The notes beneath the pieces are model-generated. The model did no database searches and had not been told where the DNA came from. It worked only from the letters and a program-made list of their open reading frames with translations. 64,000 nt of DNA from contig CAIPJS010000072.1 in assembly GCA_903865435.1 (NCBI GenBank), positions 21,695 to 85,694 on the forward strand, in the 5' to 3' direction. The position numbers and the translations under genes are program-made. This document shows positions 36,048 to 45,251 of the stretch, one piece after another (the first letter of the stretch is position 1; each line of letters opens with the position of its first letter). The DNA is from an uncultured Bacteroidota bacterium. Its GTDB lineage: Bacteria > Bacteroidota > Bacteroidia > Chitinophagales > Chitinophagaceae.

Positions 36048-38489
36048 CTACACAGCAAATTGACGTTTTCGGTAATAGTTCCAAAACACAAAACCAAGTA
36101 CAAGTAAAATGATTGGGCTGCCTATAATAATCAATTGCCACAAGAACCTGTCTTTCTCTACTTTTTGTTTGTCCAATAAACGCAATACGACGTATTTATT
36201 TCTGCTTTCCAATAAACCAATGGGCTCGTTCATATAAGCAATGCTGTTCAAATAAAAATCATGATTGGCAAATTGGTAATCTTCAAAAGGAATCATCCCC
36301 ATGGGTAAAGCACCTCTGGTTTTATCTACTTGATTGGTAAAAATATCTGCATCAGCAATCACAATTTGTTTAGCACGCCCATTACCATTTGCCTGATATG
36401 AATGATGGGTAGACGCATAAACACTGTCTTGCAATGCATTGGAAATTCTATTCGCATATAAGGAACTAAATTTCCCTTCCAACAATACCGCAATGGGCAA
36501 ATGATGTTTGTTAAATGAAGCCATATCCATTTCATCCTTCACACTATTCAAAGAAACTAAATTAGGCGTTGCGATGATTCTGCTATTGGTATCCGTAGTT
36601 AATAAAATTGTTTTTTTAATATGCGGGTTTTGTAAAGTATCCAAACTGGAAGGAAACAAGGACAAGATCCTGTCTAAATTTTGCACCAAAGGATGGCTGT
36701 CTTCTCCCAATAAGAATGGATAATAAGGCCAGGGAATGCGTTGCATCATAGGACTTCCATCGGCTTGTCTACCAACCACCATCGGAAGTTTGGCACAATT
36801 TAAATCTTGGACCAAATTGCTATTCATTCTAACTCCATACTTAAAAAATAAATCATCTAGTGCAAGTCCACGATCATAAGCAACATAACTCCCTTCCGTT
36901 TTTTGCAAACTATCATACTCGGCATACAATTTGTCCACGGCCCAAATAATGTTTCCGCCGTTCATTATATATTGATCCAACTTTAATTTATCATTTTCTG
37001 AAAATGGTGTTGTTGGTTTTATGATTAAAAGGGTTTTAATTTTTGTAGCATCTGGATACCCTTTTTTTAAATCAAATACCACCAATTTGTATTGATGTCT
37101 AATTGATTCCCCCAAATCATTCACCGTTAAATTGGTAGGCTCGCCATTTCCAATGGCATACGCAATGGTAGGTACATCGGTTCTATTTAATAAATAAAGG
37201 GCTTGTATAAATTTGTATTCCAATAAAGCTTCTGCAGCATTGGCACTTGCTTCCAAATCTTCTTCGGGAATATCTTTGACAATATTATAGGGTTTGAAAA
37301 ACTTTTTACTGCTTCTTAAATCAACGACTATTGGCTTTTGCCCTGCAACCTCTACCAATGCTCCAGGAATCAACAATTGATCTACCCTTTTATCCGAAGC
37401 TCGATCTTCGGCTTGCAAACGCTGTATGGGCAAGCCTAATTTGGATAAACTATCATACAATTGATACAAAGCGGTATCCTTTTGCATTTGACTAGGTACT
37501 TCGATCTGCCATTGAATAAGAACCGGATTGATTTGATGCAACTGCTCTAATAAGTTTGCAGTAGATTGCGCAATTTTTTTATAATAAGCCGGAAGGTCTC
37601 CGCCTAAATACAAATGTATTTTTACCGGATTTTGTATCTTTTGAAGAATTTGCGTTGAACTTTCACTCAAAGTAAATCTATGCTCTTTGGTTAAATCCAA
37701 TTGTAGAGGTTTTGCAAATGCAAAATAGTTGACAATTAAAATAAAGGCGACGGTACTGATGTATTTAAATTTTGCTTTGATGTTTTCAAGGCAACCCATG
37801 CAAAATAAAATAAGAATAGAAATAAAATAGGCCCCGTCTTGCAAAGACAATACACCTCTACTCATGGAACGATAATGGCTGCTACATCCCAACTGTGTAA
37901 CATAATAGTCATACCCATTTTTAAAAAATGAAAAGGCACTTAACCAATCAAACCCTTTAAAGAGCAATAAAGAAACTACGATGGATAACAACAAAGCCAC
38001 TAAATTATTTTTAGTAATGCTACTTGTGTACACGCCAATGGCAGTATAGGCTGCAGCTAAAAATAGTAAACCAAAATAAGCACCTAAGGTGGCACCCCAA
38101 TCCAATCCGCCCACCGTACTTAATGCATTCAAAGCAATTGCATAAAGAACAGATGGGACAATGGCTACCAATACGATAAGATAAGCGCCTATGAATTTTC
38201 CAAGAACTAAGTGCAAAGGCTTAATAGGCAAAGTTCTGATCAATTCATATGTGCCAAGCCTGTATTCGTCCGAAAAGCTATGCATGGTAATGGCGGGAAT
38301 CAGTAACAATAAAAACCAGGGTGCAAAATCAAAATATACTTGCAAAGAAGCATAACCAAAATCCAAAACATTGTAATTGGGCAAAACAAATAAGAGCAAG
38401 CCATTGATCAATAAATAAAATCCAATGATCAAATAGCCCGTAATCCCATTAAAATATTGCGCCCATTCTTTTTTGCAAATTGCCCACAT
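36048..38489 (-). CDS. gldFG: Fused gliding-motility ABC transporter components GldF (ABC-2 permease, about aa 1-240) and GldG (about aa 245-813)
   Basis: The N-terminus MWAICKKEWAQYFNGITGYLIIGFYLLINGLLLF..IPAITMHSFSDEYRLGTYELI resembles GldF. The remainder has GldG-like ABC auxiliary architecture, ending in a TM anchor LWQLIIIGSPIILLVLGFVFW. It is a single uninterrupted 813-codon ORF. Confidence 0.75.
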   Translation of the reverse strand: MWAICKKEWAQYFNGITGYLIIGFYLLINGLLLFVLPNYNVLDFGYASLQVYFDFAPWFLLLLIPAITMHSFSDEYRLGTYELIRTLPIKPLHLVLGKFIGAYLIVLVAIVPSVLYAIALNALSTVGGLDWGATLGAYFGLLFLAAAYTAIGVYTSSITKNNLVALLLSIVVSLLLFKGFDWLSAFSFFKNGYDYYVTQLGCSSHYRSMSRGVLSLQDGAYFISILILFCMGCLENIKAKFKYISTVAFILIVNYFAFAKPLQLDLTKEHRFTLSESSTQILQKIQNPVKIHLYLGGDLPAYYKKIAQSTANLLEQLHQINPVLIQWQIEVPSQMQKDTALYQLYDSLSKLGLPIQRLQAEDRASDKRVDQLLIPGALVEVAGQKPIVVDLRSSKKFFKPYNIVKDIPEEDLEASANAAEALLEYKFIQALYLLNRTDVPTIAYAIGNGEPTNLTVNDLGESIRHQYKLVVFDLKKGYPDATKIKTLLIIKPTTPFSENDKLKLDQYIMNGGNIIWAVDKLYAEYDSLQKTEGSYVAYDRGLALDDLFFKYGVRMNSNLVQDLNCAKLPMVVGRQADGSPMMQRIPWPYYPFLLGEDSHPLVQNLDRILSLFPSSLDTLQNPHIKKTILLTTDTNSRIIATPNLVSLNSVKDEMDMASFNKHHLPIAVLLEGKFSSLYANRISNALQDSVYASTHHSYQANGNGRAKQIVIADADIFTNQVDKTRGALPMGMIPFEDYQFANHDFYLNSIAYMNEPIGLLESRNKYVVLRLLDKQKVEKDRFLWQLIIIGSPIILLVLGFVFWNYYRKRQFAV

Positions 38490-38493
38490 GTAC

Positions 38494-38501
38494 CAAAGCT
38501 A
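38494..38501 (-). promoter_or_regulatory. Candidate -7 box TAGCTTTG, 4 nt upstream of the gldFG ATG
   Basis: Matches TAnnTTTG on the minus strand, directly after the erpA terminator T-run. No -33 TTTG at the canonical spacing. Confidence 0.35.
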
Positions 38502-38502
38502 C

Positions 38503-38531
38503 AAAAAAAATGCCCCGAGTTATCGGAGCAT
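38503..38531 (-). terminator. Rho-independent terminator of the iscS-iscU-erpA operon
   Basis: On the minus strand: atgctccga-taac-tcggggcat followed by T8. One position is a G-U wobble on the minus-strand RNA but a C-A mismatch on the plus strand, which argues for minus-strand function. Confidence 0.8.
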
Positions 38532-38569
38532 TCAATATTATAAAAATCTTATGATGATTTGTTATTGGC

Positions 38570-38926
38570 CTATACCGCAAAACTATCTCCGCAGCCACAG
38601 CTTCTGCTGGCATTGGGATTGTTGAAGAAAAAACCCTTGCCATTCAGTCCATCAGAAAATTCAAGCTCTGTATTTACCAAGTATAAAAAGCTTTTTAAAT
38701 CGGTCACAATTTTAATGCCATTGTCTTCGAATACCTGATCCATAGGTTTAATCTCGTTGTCAAAATCTAATTTGTAACTCAATCCAGAACAACCTCCGCC
38801 CACAACACCTACTCTTAAAAAATAGTTGGCATCTCCCGATACACCAGCATCTTGCATTAACTGCAATACTTTAGCCTTTGCCTTAGCACTAACGTAAATA
38901 GAATTTTCTTGGGCTACTTCGCTCAT
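38570..38926 (-). CDS. erpA: Iron-sulfur cluster insertion protein (IscA/ErpA, HesB family)
   Basis: 118 aa with VVGGGCSGLSY and a C-terminal CGCGDSF cluster-ligand motif. Confidence 0.85.
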   Translation of the reverse strand: MSEVAQENSIYVSAKAKAKVLQLMQDAGVSGDANYFLRVGVVGGGCSGLSYKLDFDNEIKPMDQVFEDNGIKIVTDLKSFLYLVNTELEFSDGLNGKGFFFNNPNASRSCGCGDSFAV

Positions 38927-38949
38927 AGGTTAAAAATAGAAGACCTAAA

Positions 38950-39366
38950 TTAAACGTGGCTTTGTTCAAATACCAATTCAGCCAATCCGTTCTTCACACG
39001 GAAATCATTGATGGCTGCTTTAATAGCATCTTCTGCTAAAACAGAACAGTGAATTTTAACGGGAGGTAAATTTAATTCCTCTACTAAATCCATATTGTCA
39101 ATTTTAACAGCTTCGTCAATTGTTTTTCCTTTTAACCACTCTGTCGCTAATGAAGAAGAAGCAATCGCAGAACCACAACCAAATGTTTTAAATTTTGCAT
39201 CGGTAATCACACCTGTAGCCTCGTCCACTTGAATTTGCAAGCGCATCACGTCTCCACATTCTGGCGCACCTACTAAACCAGTACCTACACTTTTAGATGC
39301 TTTATCTAATGTTCCTACATTTTTAGGATTAGAATAATGATCGATTACTTTATCTGAATATGCCAT
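38950..39366 (-). CDS. iscU: Fe-S cluster assembly scaffold IscU
   Basis: 138 aa with GAPECGDVM, FKTFGCGSAIASSS and IHCSVLA (three conserved Cys). Confidence 0.9.
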   Translation of the reverse strand: MAYSDKVIDHYSNPKNVGTLDKASKSVGTGLVGAPECGDVMRLQIQVDEATGVITDAKFKTFGCGSAIASSSLATEWLKGKTIDEAVKIDNMDLVEELNLPPVKIHCSVLAEDAIKAAINDFRVKNGLAELVFEQSHV

Positions 39367-39430
39367 TTTATTTTTATTTTATATTTTCAAAATTATTAAA
39401 AAAATTCGAAACTAGAGATACGCCTTTTGT

Positions 39431-40648
39431 TTAATGGTGTGCCCATTGAATCGCATCAATATCAATCCCTTCTTTAAACATTTCCCATAAAGGACTCATT
39501 TCTCTTAGTTTTAAAACAGTATCGGTTACTGCTTTAATGGTAAAATCAATTTGCTCTTCGGTAGTGTACCTGCCTAATCCAAAACGTAGAGAGCTATGTG
39601 CTAAATCATCTCCTAAACCCAATGCTTTTAAAACATAGCTAGGTTCTAAGGAAGCAGAAGTACATGCAGAACCAGAAGACAATGCGATGTCTTTGTTAAA
39701 GCCCATCATCAATCCTTCTCCTTCTACATATTTAAATGAGATATTACTTACATGTGGTAGACGGTGTGCTGGATTGCCATTGACATAAGACTCATCGATT
39801 TGCTTTAACGCGTTTTCTAATTTGTCTCTTAATTTTGAAATTCTTTCTGTATCCGCAGCCATTTCTAAACGAGACAATTCACATGCTTTACCAAAGCCTA
39901 CAATACCTGGTACATTTAAAGTTCCACTACGCATGCCTCTTTCATGTCCACCGCCGTCTACTTGTGCAGTTACTTTAACACGCGGATTTTTACGTCTTAC
40001 ATATAAAGCTCCTACTCCTTTTGGTCCGTACATTTTGTGTGCAGTAAATGCCATGATATCAATGCCATCTGCAATCACATCTACAGGAATTTTACCCACG
40101 GCTTGCACCGCATCAGTAAAAAATAAGGCACCATGCTTTTTGGCAATAGCACTAATTTCTTTAACTGGTTGAACCACTCCAATTTCATTGTTGGCATACA
40201 TGATGGCTACCAAAATAGTAGTTGGCTTCATGGCTGCTTCCAATTGTTTTAAATCGACTAAACCATCTGGTTGGACTTCTAAATAAGTGACTTCAGCACC
40301 TAGTTTTTCTAAGTGCTTGCAAGTATCCAAAACTGCCTTGTGCTCGGTAGTACAAGTTATGATGTGGTTACCCTTACTTGCATACATTTCATAAACGCCT
40401 TTGATGCCTAAATTGTCTCCCTCGGTTGCACCTGAAGTAAAGATGATTTCTTTAGGGTCGGCACCAATTAATTGGGCCACTTGCTCACGGGCATAATCCA
40501 CAGCTTCCTCGGCTTGCCATCCAAAAGAATGGTTACGGCTGGCCGCATTTCCGAAATTTTCGACGAAATAAGGGATCATTGCTTCTAAAACCCTAGGATC
40601 CATGGGTGTAGTTGCATTATGATCAAGATAAATTGGTAATTTTAACAT
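39431..40648 (-). CDS. iscS: Cysteine desulfurase IscS
   Basis: 405 aa with the PLP Lys context [11 protein letters not shown], active-site loop SSGSACTS and C-terminal ..IQWAHH. Confidence 0.9.
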   Translation of the reverse strand: MLKLPIYLDHNATTPMDPRVLEAMIPYFVENFGNAASRNHSFGWQAEEAVDYAREQVAQLIGADPKEIIFTSGATEGDNLGIKGVYEMYASKGNHIITCTTEHKAVLDTCKHLEKLGAEVTYLEVQPDGLVDLKQLEAAMKPTTILVAIMYANNEIGVVQPVKEISAIAKKHGALFFTDAVQAVGKIPVDVIADGIDIMAFTAHKMYGPKGVGALYVRRKNPRVKVTAQVDGGGHERGMRSGTLNVPGIVGFGKACELSRLEMAADTERISKLRDKLENALKQIDESYVNGNPAHRLPHVSNISFKYVEGEGLMMGFNKDIALSSGSACTSASLEPSYVLKALGLGDDLAHSSLRFGLGRYTTEEQIDFTIKAVTDTVLKLREMSPLWEMFKEGIDIDAIQWAHH

Positions 40649-40674
40649 ATCCGAATTTGATTTTTTCTAAAGCA

Positions 40675-40682
40675 CAAAGCTA
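40675..40682 (-). promoter_or_regulatory. Candidate -7 box TAGCTTTG for iscS
   Basis: Matches TAnnTTTG on the minus strand, 26 nt upstream of the ATG at 40648. Confidence 0.3.
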
Positions 40683-40758
40683 AAGCTTAAGGCTTGATTT
40701 TATTGAATTCATTAGGCTTTAAGGGCAATTTTTTCCCAATTCGTAAAACAATGGAAGC

Positions 40759-41160
40759 ATGGACTATAAGGTAGAACATATTGGCATTGCAGTTAAGAAC
40801 TTACAAACAAGCATCCCCTTGTTTGAAAAGTTGTTAGGCAGCCCCTGTTATAAAACTGAAAATGTAGAAAGTGAGCAAGTAAATACTGCCTTTTTTCTTA
40901 AACAAAATTCTAAAATTGAGTTGCTAGAAAGTACGGACCCTATTGGAGTGATTGCGAAATTTATTGAAAAAAAAGGAGAAGGCATGCACCATATTGCATT
41001 TGAAGTACCAGATATTATTGCGGAAATGGAAAGATTAAAAAAAGAAGGATTCACTTTATTAAATGAAAGCCCTAAAAAAGGGGCGGATAATAAATTAGTT
41101 TGTTTTGTACACCCAAAAGAAACGAATGGCGTGTTAATAGAACTTTGTCAAAGTATTTAA
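40759..41160 (+). CDS. mce: Methylmalonyl-CoA epimerase (VOC/glyoxalase family)
   Basis: 133 aa with VEHIGIAV, GEGMHHIAFEV and GVLIELC, the typical MCE metal-ligand pattern. Confidence 0.75.
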   Translation: MDYKVEHIGIAVKNLQTSIPLFEKLLGSPCYKTENVESEQVNTAFFLKQNSKIELLESTDPIGVIAKFIEKKGEGMHHIAFEVPDIIAEMERLKKEGFTLLNESPKKGADNKLVCFVHPKETNGVLIELCQSI

Positions 41161-41174
41161 AACCCTTTCAGAAA

Positions 41175-41909
41175 TTAAATACCTAAAATTTCAATGGCTT
41201 TTTGAGCAGCCAACTGGCTTGCATCTTTTTTAGTATACCCTTTTTGTGCGGTAATGACTTCTCCATCTAATACTACATTGATGGTAAACAATCTTCTACG
41301 CCCTTCTAATTGCTCTCCTGCCAAAACAAAATCTATTTGCTTGCCTTGCTTTAAAGCCCAGCCAATTATTTTATTTTTAATATTGATGTCTATCTGCTCT
41401 AAATCTTCCATGAACAAATAAGGTTGTATCATTTTTTCTAAAATCCAGCGTTTAGTAAAATCATATTTTTTATCTAAATAAATAGCCCCCACCAAAGCTT
41501 CTAATGTATTACCAAAAATTTGACTGGTTTTTAAGCTTCCGTCCATTTTATTAAAACGCGTCATTCTGCGAAGACCCATTTGCACGGCAATATGATTCAA
41601 TTGTTGTCTGTTGACCATCTTACTCCGCATTTCTGTTAAAAAACCCTCGCCCTTGTAAGGATATTTTTTAAATAAATAATCTGCTACCACTGCACTAATA
41701 ATGGCATCACCTAAAAATTCAAGTCTTTCATTGTTTTCGGATGGATGCTCTCTAACTGAACGGTGATTGAGCGCCATTTGAAAAAGTAAAATGCGCTTGG
41801 TACGATACCCAATGAGTTGCGCTAGGTTTATTTCGAACTCGGATTTCTTAAAAAAAGAAAATAAATGTCTTAATGTTTTCAATGTAAATTTTATAGGACG
41901 AAGAACCAA
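41175..41909 (-). CDS. rnc: Ribonuclease III
   Basis: RNase III signature ERLEFLGDAI and a C-terminal dsRBD (..KKDASQLAAQKAIE..). The TTG start at 41909 is uncertain. Confidence 0.85.
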   Translation of the reverse strand: MVLRPIKFTLKTLRHLFSFFKKSEFEINLAQLIGYRTKRILLFQMALNHRSVREHPSENNERLEFLGDAIISAVVADYLFKKYPYKGEGFLTEMRSKMVNRQQLNHIAVQMGLRRMTRFNKMDGSLKTSQIFGNTLEALVGAIYLDKKYDFTKRWILEKMIQPYLFMEDLEQIDINIKNKIIGWALKQGKQIDFVLAGEQLEGRRRLFTINVVLDGEVITAQKGYTKKDASQLAAQKAIEILGI

Positions 41910-41913
41910 TAAA

Positions 41914-43167
41914 CTATGCCTTGTACTTTTTCACTATCACACAAGCATTGTGTCCGCCAAATCCAAAGGTATTGCTCAAGGCGGCATTCACTACCCTTTT
42001 TTGTGCTTTGTTAAAAGTAAAATTAAGTTTTGGATCTAATTCAGGATCATCTGTAAAGTGATTGATGGTTGGAGGAATGATGTCATGAATAACAGCTTGA
42101 ATACAAGCAATGGCTTCAATCACCCCAGCTGCTCCTAGACAGTGCCCTGTCATAGACTTGGTAGAACTGATATTTAAATTATAAGAATGCTCCCCAAATA
42201 CAGCAGTAATTGCTTTGGCTTCGGCAATATCTCCCAATGGGGTTGAAGTACCATGGGTATTGATGTAATCGATTTCATTGGCTTGCATGCCTGCATCTCT
42301 TAAAGCAGCATTCATCACATTTTTAGCCCCCAATCCTTCTGGGTGTGGTGCTGTTAAATGATACGCATCTGCAGTCGCTCCCCCACCCACTACTTCACAA
42401 TATATTTTTGCGCCACGTCTTTTGGCGTGTTCTAATTCTTCTAATATTAAAACCCCCGAAGCTTCCCCCATAATAAAACCATCACGGTCTTTGTCATAAG
42501 GACGACTGGCTGTTTTAGGATCATCATTTCTTTCACTCATGGCTTTCATGGCATTGAAACCAGCCATACCAGCAATACCAATAACTGCTTCGGCACCGCC
42601 TGTGATGATAATATCTGCCTTGCCTAATTTTAAATTGTCCATGGCTACAATAATTGCATTGGTGCTAGAAGCGCAGGCACTTACTACGGCAAAATTGGGG
42701 CCTCTAAAACCATGCTTCATGGAAATTTGACCGGCAGCAATATCTAAGATCATTTTGGGAATAAAAAAAGGATTGAACCTAGGCGTACCATCACCATGCA
42801 CAAAATTGGTTACCTCATCTGTAAATGTATTTAAGCCTCCAATTCCGCTGGCAAAAATAACACCTACTCTATCATGGTCTACATTCTCTTTGGTAATTCC
42901 AGCATCTAAAACTGCTTGATCACTTGCCACCAAAGCGATTTGAGAGAACCTGTCTAATTTTCTGGCTTCTTTTTTTTCCATAAAAGCTTCTGGATCGAAG
43001 CCCTTTATTTCACATGCAAATCTGGTTTTGAATTTTGACGCATCAAACTGAGTAATCATATCTGCTCCAGACACCCCATTGATTAGACTTTCCCAATAGG
43101 CGTCTAGGTTATTTCCGATGGGGGTTAAAGCGCCGATTCCTGTTACTACGATTCGCTTGGAATACAT
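41914..43167 (-). CDS. fabF: Beta-ketoacyl-ACP synthase II
   Basis: The ATG at 43167 gives MYSKRIVVTGIGALTPIG. The active-site Cys lies in AVVSACASS, with HGTSTP and GHCLGAAG. The track start at 43215 is a TTG inside the acpP-fabF hairpin. Confidence 0.92.
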   Translation of the reverse strand: MYSKRIVVTGIGALTPIGNNLDAYWESLINGVSGADMITQFDASKFKTRFACEIKGFDPEAFMEKKEARKLDRFSQIALVASDQAVLDAGITKENVDHDRVGVIFASGIGGLNTFTDEVTNFVHGDGTPRFNPFFIPKMILDIAAGQISMKHGFRGPNFAVVSACASSTNAIIVAMDNLKLGKADIIITGGAEAVIGIAGMAGFNAMKAMSERNDDPKTASRPYDKDRDGFIMGEASGVLILEELEHAKRRGAKIYCEVVGGGATADAYHLTAPHPEGLGAKNVMNAALRDAGMQANEIDYINTHGTSTPLGDIAEAKAITAVFGEHSYNLNISSTKSMTGHCLGAAGVIEAIACIQAVIHDIIPPTINHFTDDPELDPKLNFTFNKAQKRVVNAALSNTFGFGGHNACVIVKKYKA

Positions 43168-43189
43168 GATGGTCTTTTTTTTAATTAAA

Positions 43190-43226
43190 AATCCGCCTTT
43201 AAAGCAAAGGCTCAAAAAGGCGGATT
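43190..43226 (-). terminator. Stem-loop between acpP and fabF (partial terminator or attenuator)
   Basis: aatccgccttt (43190-43200) pairs with aaaggcggatt (43216-43226). On the minus strand the stem is followed by tttttaatt. Confidence 0.55.
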
Positions 43227-43271
43227 AAAATATGCCGATGGCTCAAATAGAAACTCTTATTAAAGTTTAAA

Positions 43272-43508
43272 TTACTTAGCGTGCTCCTCTAAATAAGCAA
43301 CAGCTTGTCCAACGGTTGTAATAGTTTCTGCTTGTTCATCTGGAATAGAAATGTTGAATTCTTTTTCAAATTCCATAATTAATTCAACGGTGTCTAAGGA
43401 ATCAGCTCCCAAATCATTTGTAAAAGAAGCTTCGTTCGTCACTTCTGCTTCATCTACACCTAATTTGTCAACGATGATTTTTTTAACTCTTGTAGCGATG
43501 TCTGACAT
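43272..43508 (-). CDS. acpP: Acyl carrier protein
   Basis: The ATG at 43508 gives [23 protein letters not shown]. The phosphopantetheine site is [11 protein letters not shown]. Length is 78 aa. Confidence 0.93.
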   Translation of the reverse strand: MSDIATRVKKIIVDKLGVDEAEVTNEASFTNDLGADSLDTVELIMEFEKEFNISIPDEQAETITTVGQAVAYLEEHAK

Positions 43509-43532
43509 TGTAAATAGTTTTTGTTTACGGCG

Positions 43533-43540
43533 CAAAAATA
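43533..43540 (-). promoter_or_regulatory. Candidate -7 box TATTTTTG for acpP
   Basis: Matches TAnnTTTG on the minus strand, 24 nt upstream of the ATG at 43508. Confidence 0.35.
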
Positions 43541-43721
43541 TACTTTTTGTTAAAAACGAAGTATTTTATTTGTCTTTTCTTTACACATTTTTAACCCTTA
43601 CTTCAAGGTAAGCCTAATTTGGCCTATTTAGACGCTATATATTGCCAAACGGCCTATAAAAGGCCATTTTAAGGCATTTGTAAAACGAACAGACAGTAGT
43701 TCTAAAAGACTTATCCACCAA

Positions 43722-44186
43722 CTACTTATGCTTCAGCATCCCTCTAATTTCATGTTGCGCTTCAAGGGGTATGTTTTGCTTGGGTATTAAAAAAAAGGTT
43801 TTTGGGCCAAAGTAAAAATGAAAAAAATGAGGGCTTTCAAAATAATGGGTTAATTCCTGCCAAGTCCAATTGGCCGATCCCAAACTAGAATACAAATTGG
43901 CCGATTGGGCATCAAACTCAAATTGCCAATCTTGCTTAAAAAGTTCGGCCTTGCGATAAAACAAGGCAGGCATGGCAAACCAAAATAAAAGTAGTAATAC
44001 AATCCAGAGTATAGAGCCTAGTAAAAATAATTCAGGTCTAATTTTTTTTAAAAACAATAAAACACCCGTAGCAATCGCATAAACATTTACCACAATCATT
44101 AATGTTTTTATTTCTGATTGCTTCATGAAATGATAGCGCAATGCTTCTAATACTTGTGGTTTTTTGTATTGGACTAAATAAGACAT
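43722..44186 (-). CDS. YcxB-like small membrane protein (unknown function)
   Basis: 154 aa with two central TM helices followed by a region resembling the YcxB/bPH-type C-terminal domain (WTWQELTHYFESPHFFHFYF). Confidence 0.55.
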   Translation of the reverse strand: MSYLVQYKKPQVLEALRYHFMKQSEIKTLMIVVNVYAIATGVLLFLKKIRPELFLLGSILWIVLLLLFWFAMPALFYRKAELFKQDWQFEFDAQSANLYSSLGSANWTWQELTHYFESPHFFHFYFGPKTFFLIPKQNIPLEAQHEIRGMLKHK

Positions 44187-44289
44187 AGAGGCATGGATTG
44201 GTAAAACATAAAATGGGCGAATAAAAATACAACTAAAAAATACAAATTGACTATATTGAGTAACGCTTTAAGCACATTAATTGAATGAT

Positions 44290-45240
44290 ATGAAAGTATT
44301 ATGTATTGGAGAGGCTTTAATTGATATGATTTGCACTGATCGTGGATCCAGCTTGTCCAATGGACAAAATTTTTTAAAAAAAGCTGGCGGCGCTCCAGCA
44401 AACGTAGCTGCCGCCATTGCTGCATTAGGTGGACAAGTGACTATGGCGGCCAAAGTAGGTAAAGACCCTTTTGGAATACATCTTATCCATTTACTTCAAG
44501 AAATGGGCGTGGGCACGCAGTGGGTTTTGCAAGACGCCCAACACTTTACCACTATTGCATTTGTTTCTTTATTAGAAAATGGAGATAGAGATTTTTATTT
44601 TAACAGAGGGGCCGATGGTCAATTAAACGAATCTGATTTAGCAGGCATCAATTTTAAAGAATTTAGTATTGTCCATTTTGGATCCGCAACAAGTTTTTTA
44701 TCTGGCCCTTTACAAAATACGTATACCGCATTATTAAAAAAAGCAAAAGAAGCAGGTGCTATTATAAGCTTTGACCCCAATTATCGTCATCTTTTGTTTC
44801 AAGACAATACACAAATTTTTATAGATCAATCATGGCCCTTTATTGAACAATGCCATTTTTTTAAATTAAGTGATGAAGAAGCTTTACTAATTTCTGGATG
44901 CAAAACAGTTCAAGAAGCTGCCCTCACTTTTAGGGAAAAAACGGATGCTATATTTGCGATCACCTTAGGCAAAGCAGGTACCATACTTTGTATTGGAGAT
45001 AAAATAGAAATGATTGAAAGTATTGCTGTTAAATCTATTGATCCAACAGGCGCAGGCGATGCATTTGTAGGTGCCGTATTGTTTCAATTAATCGATAGCA
45101 ATCCAACTCAACTTGATACGATCCAATTGGATGCATGGAAAAAAATAATTGCTAACGCAAATAAAGCAGGGGCAAGAACATGCGAATACTTGGGCGCTAT
45201 GGAAGCATTCAAGCACCTTAACAATTCAATTTTTAATTAG
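44290..45240 (+). CDS. PfkB family carbohydrate kinase (fructokinase-like)
   Basis: MKVLCIGEALIDM, AGGAPANVA and the DPTGAGDAF anion-hole motif. I chose the ATG at 44290; the track TTG is at 44281. Confidence 0.8.
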   Translation: MKVLCIGEALIDMICTDRGSSLSNGQNFLKKAGGAPANVAAAIAALGGQVTMAAKVGKDPFGIHLIHLLQEMGVGTQWVLQDAQHFTTIAFVSLLENGDRDFYFNRGADGQLNESDLAGINFKEFSIVHFGSATSFLSGPLQNTYTALLKKAKEAGAIISFDPNYRHLLFQDNTQIFIDQSWPFIEQCHFFKLSDEEALLISGCKTVQEAALTFREKTDAIFAITLGKAGTILCIGDKIEMIESIAVKSIDPTGAGDAFVGAVLFQLIDSNPTQLDTIQLDAWKKIIANANKAGARTCEYLGAMEAFKHLNNSIFN

Positions 45241-45251
45241 AAAAAGTTTTA

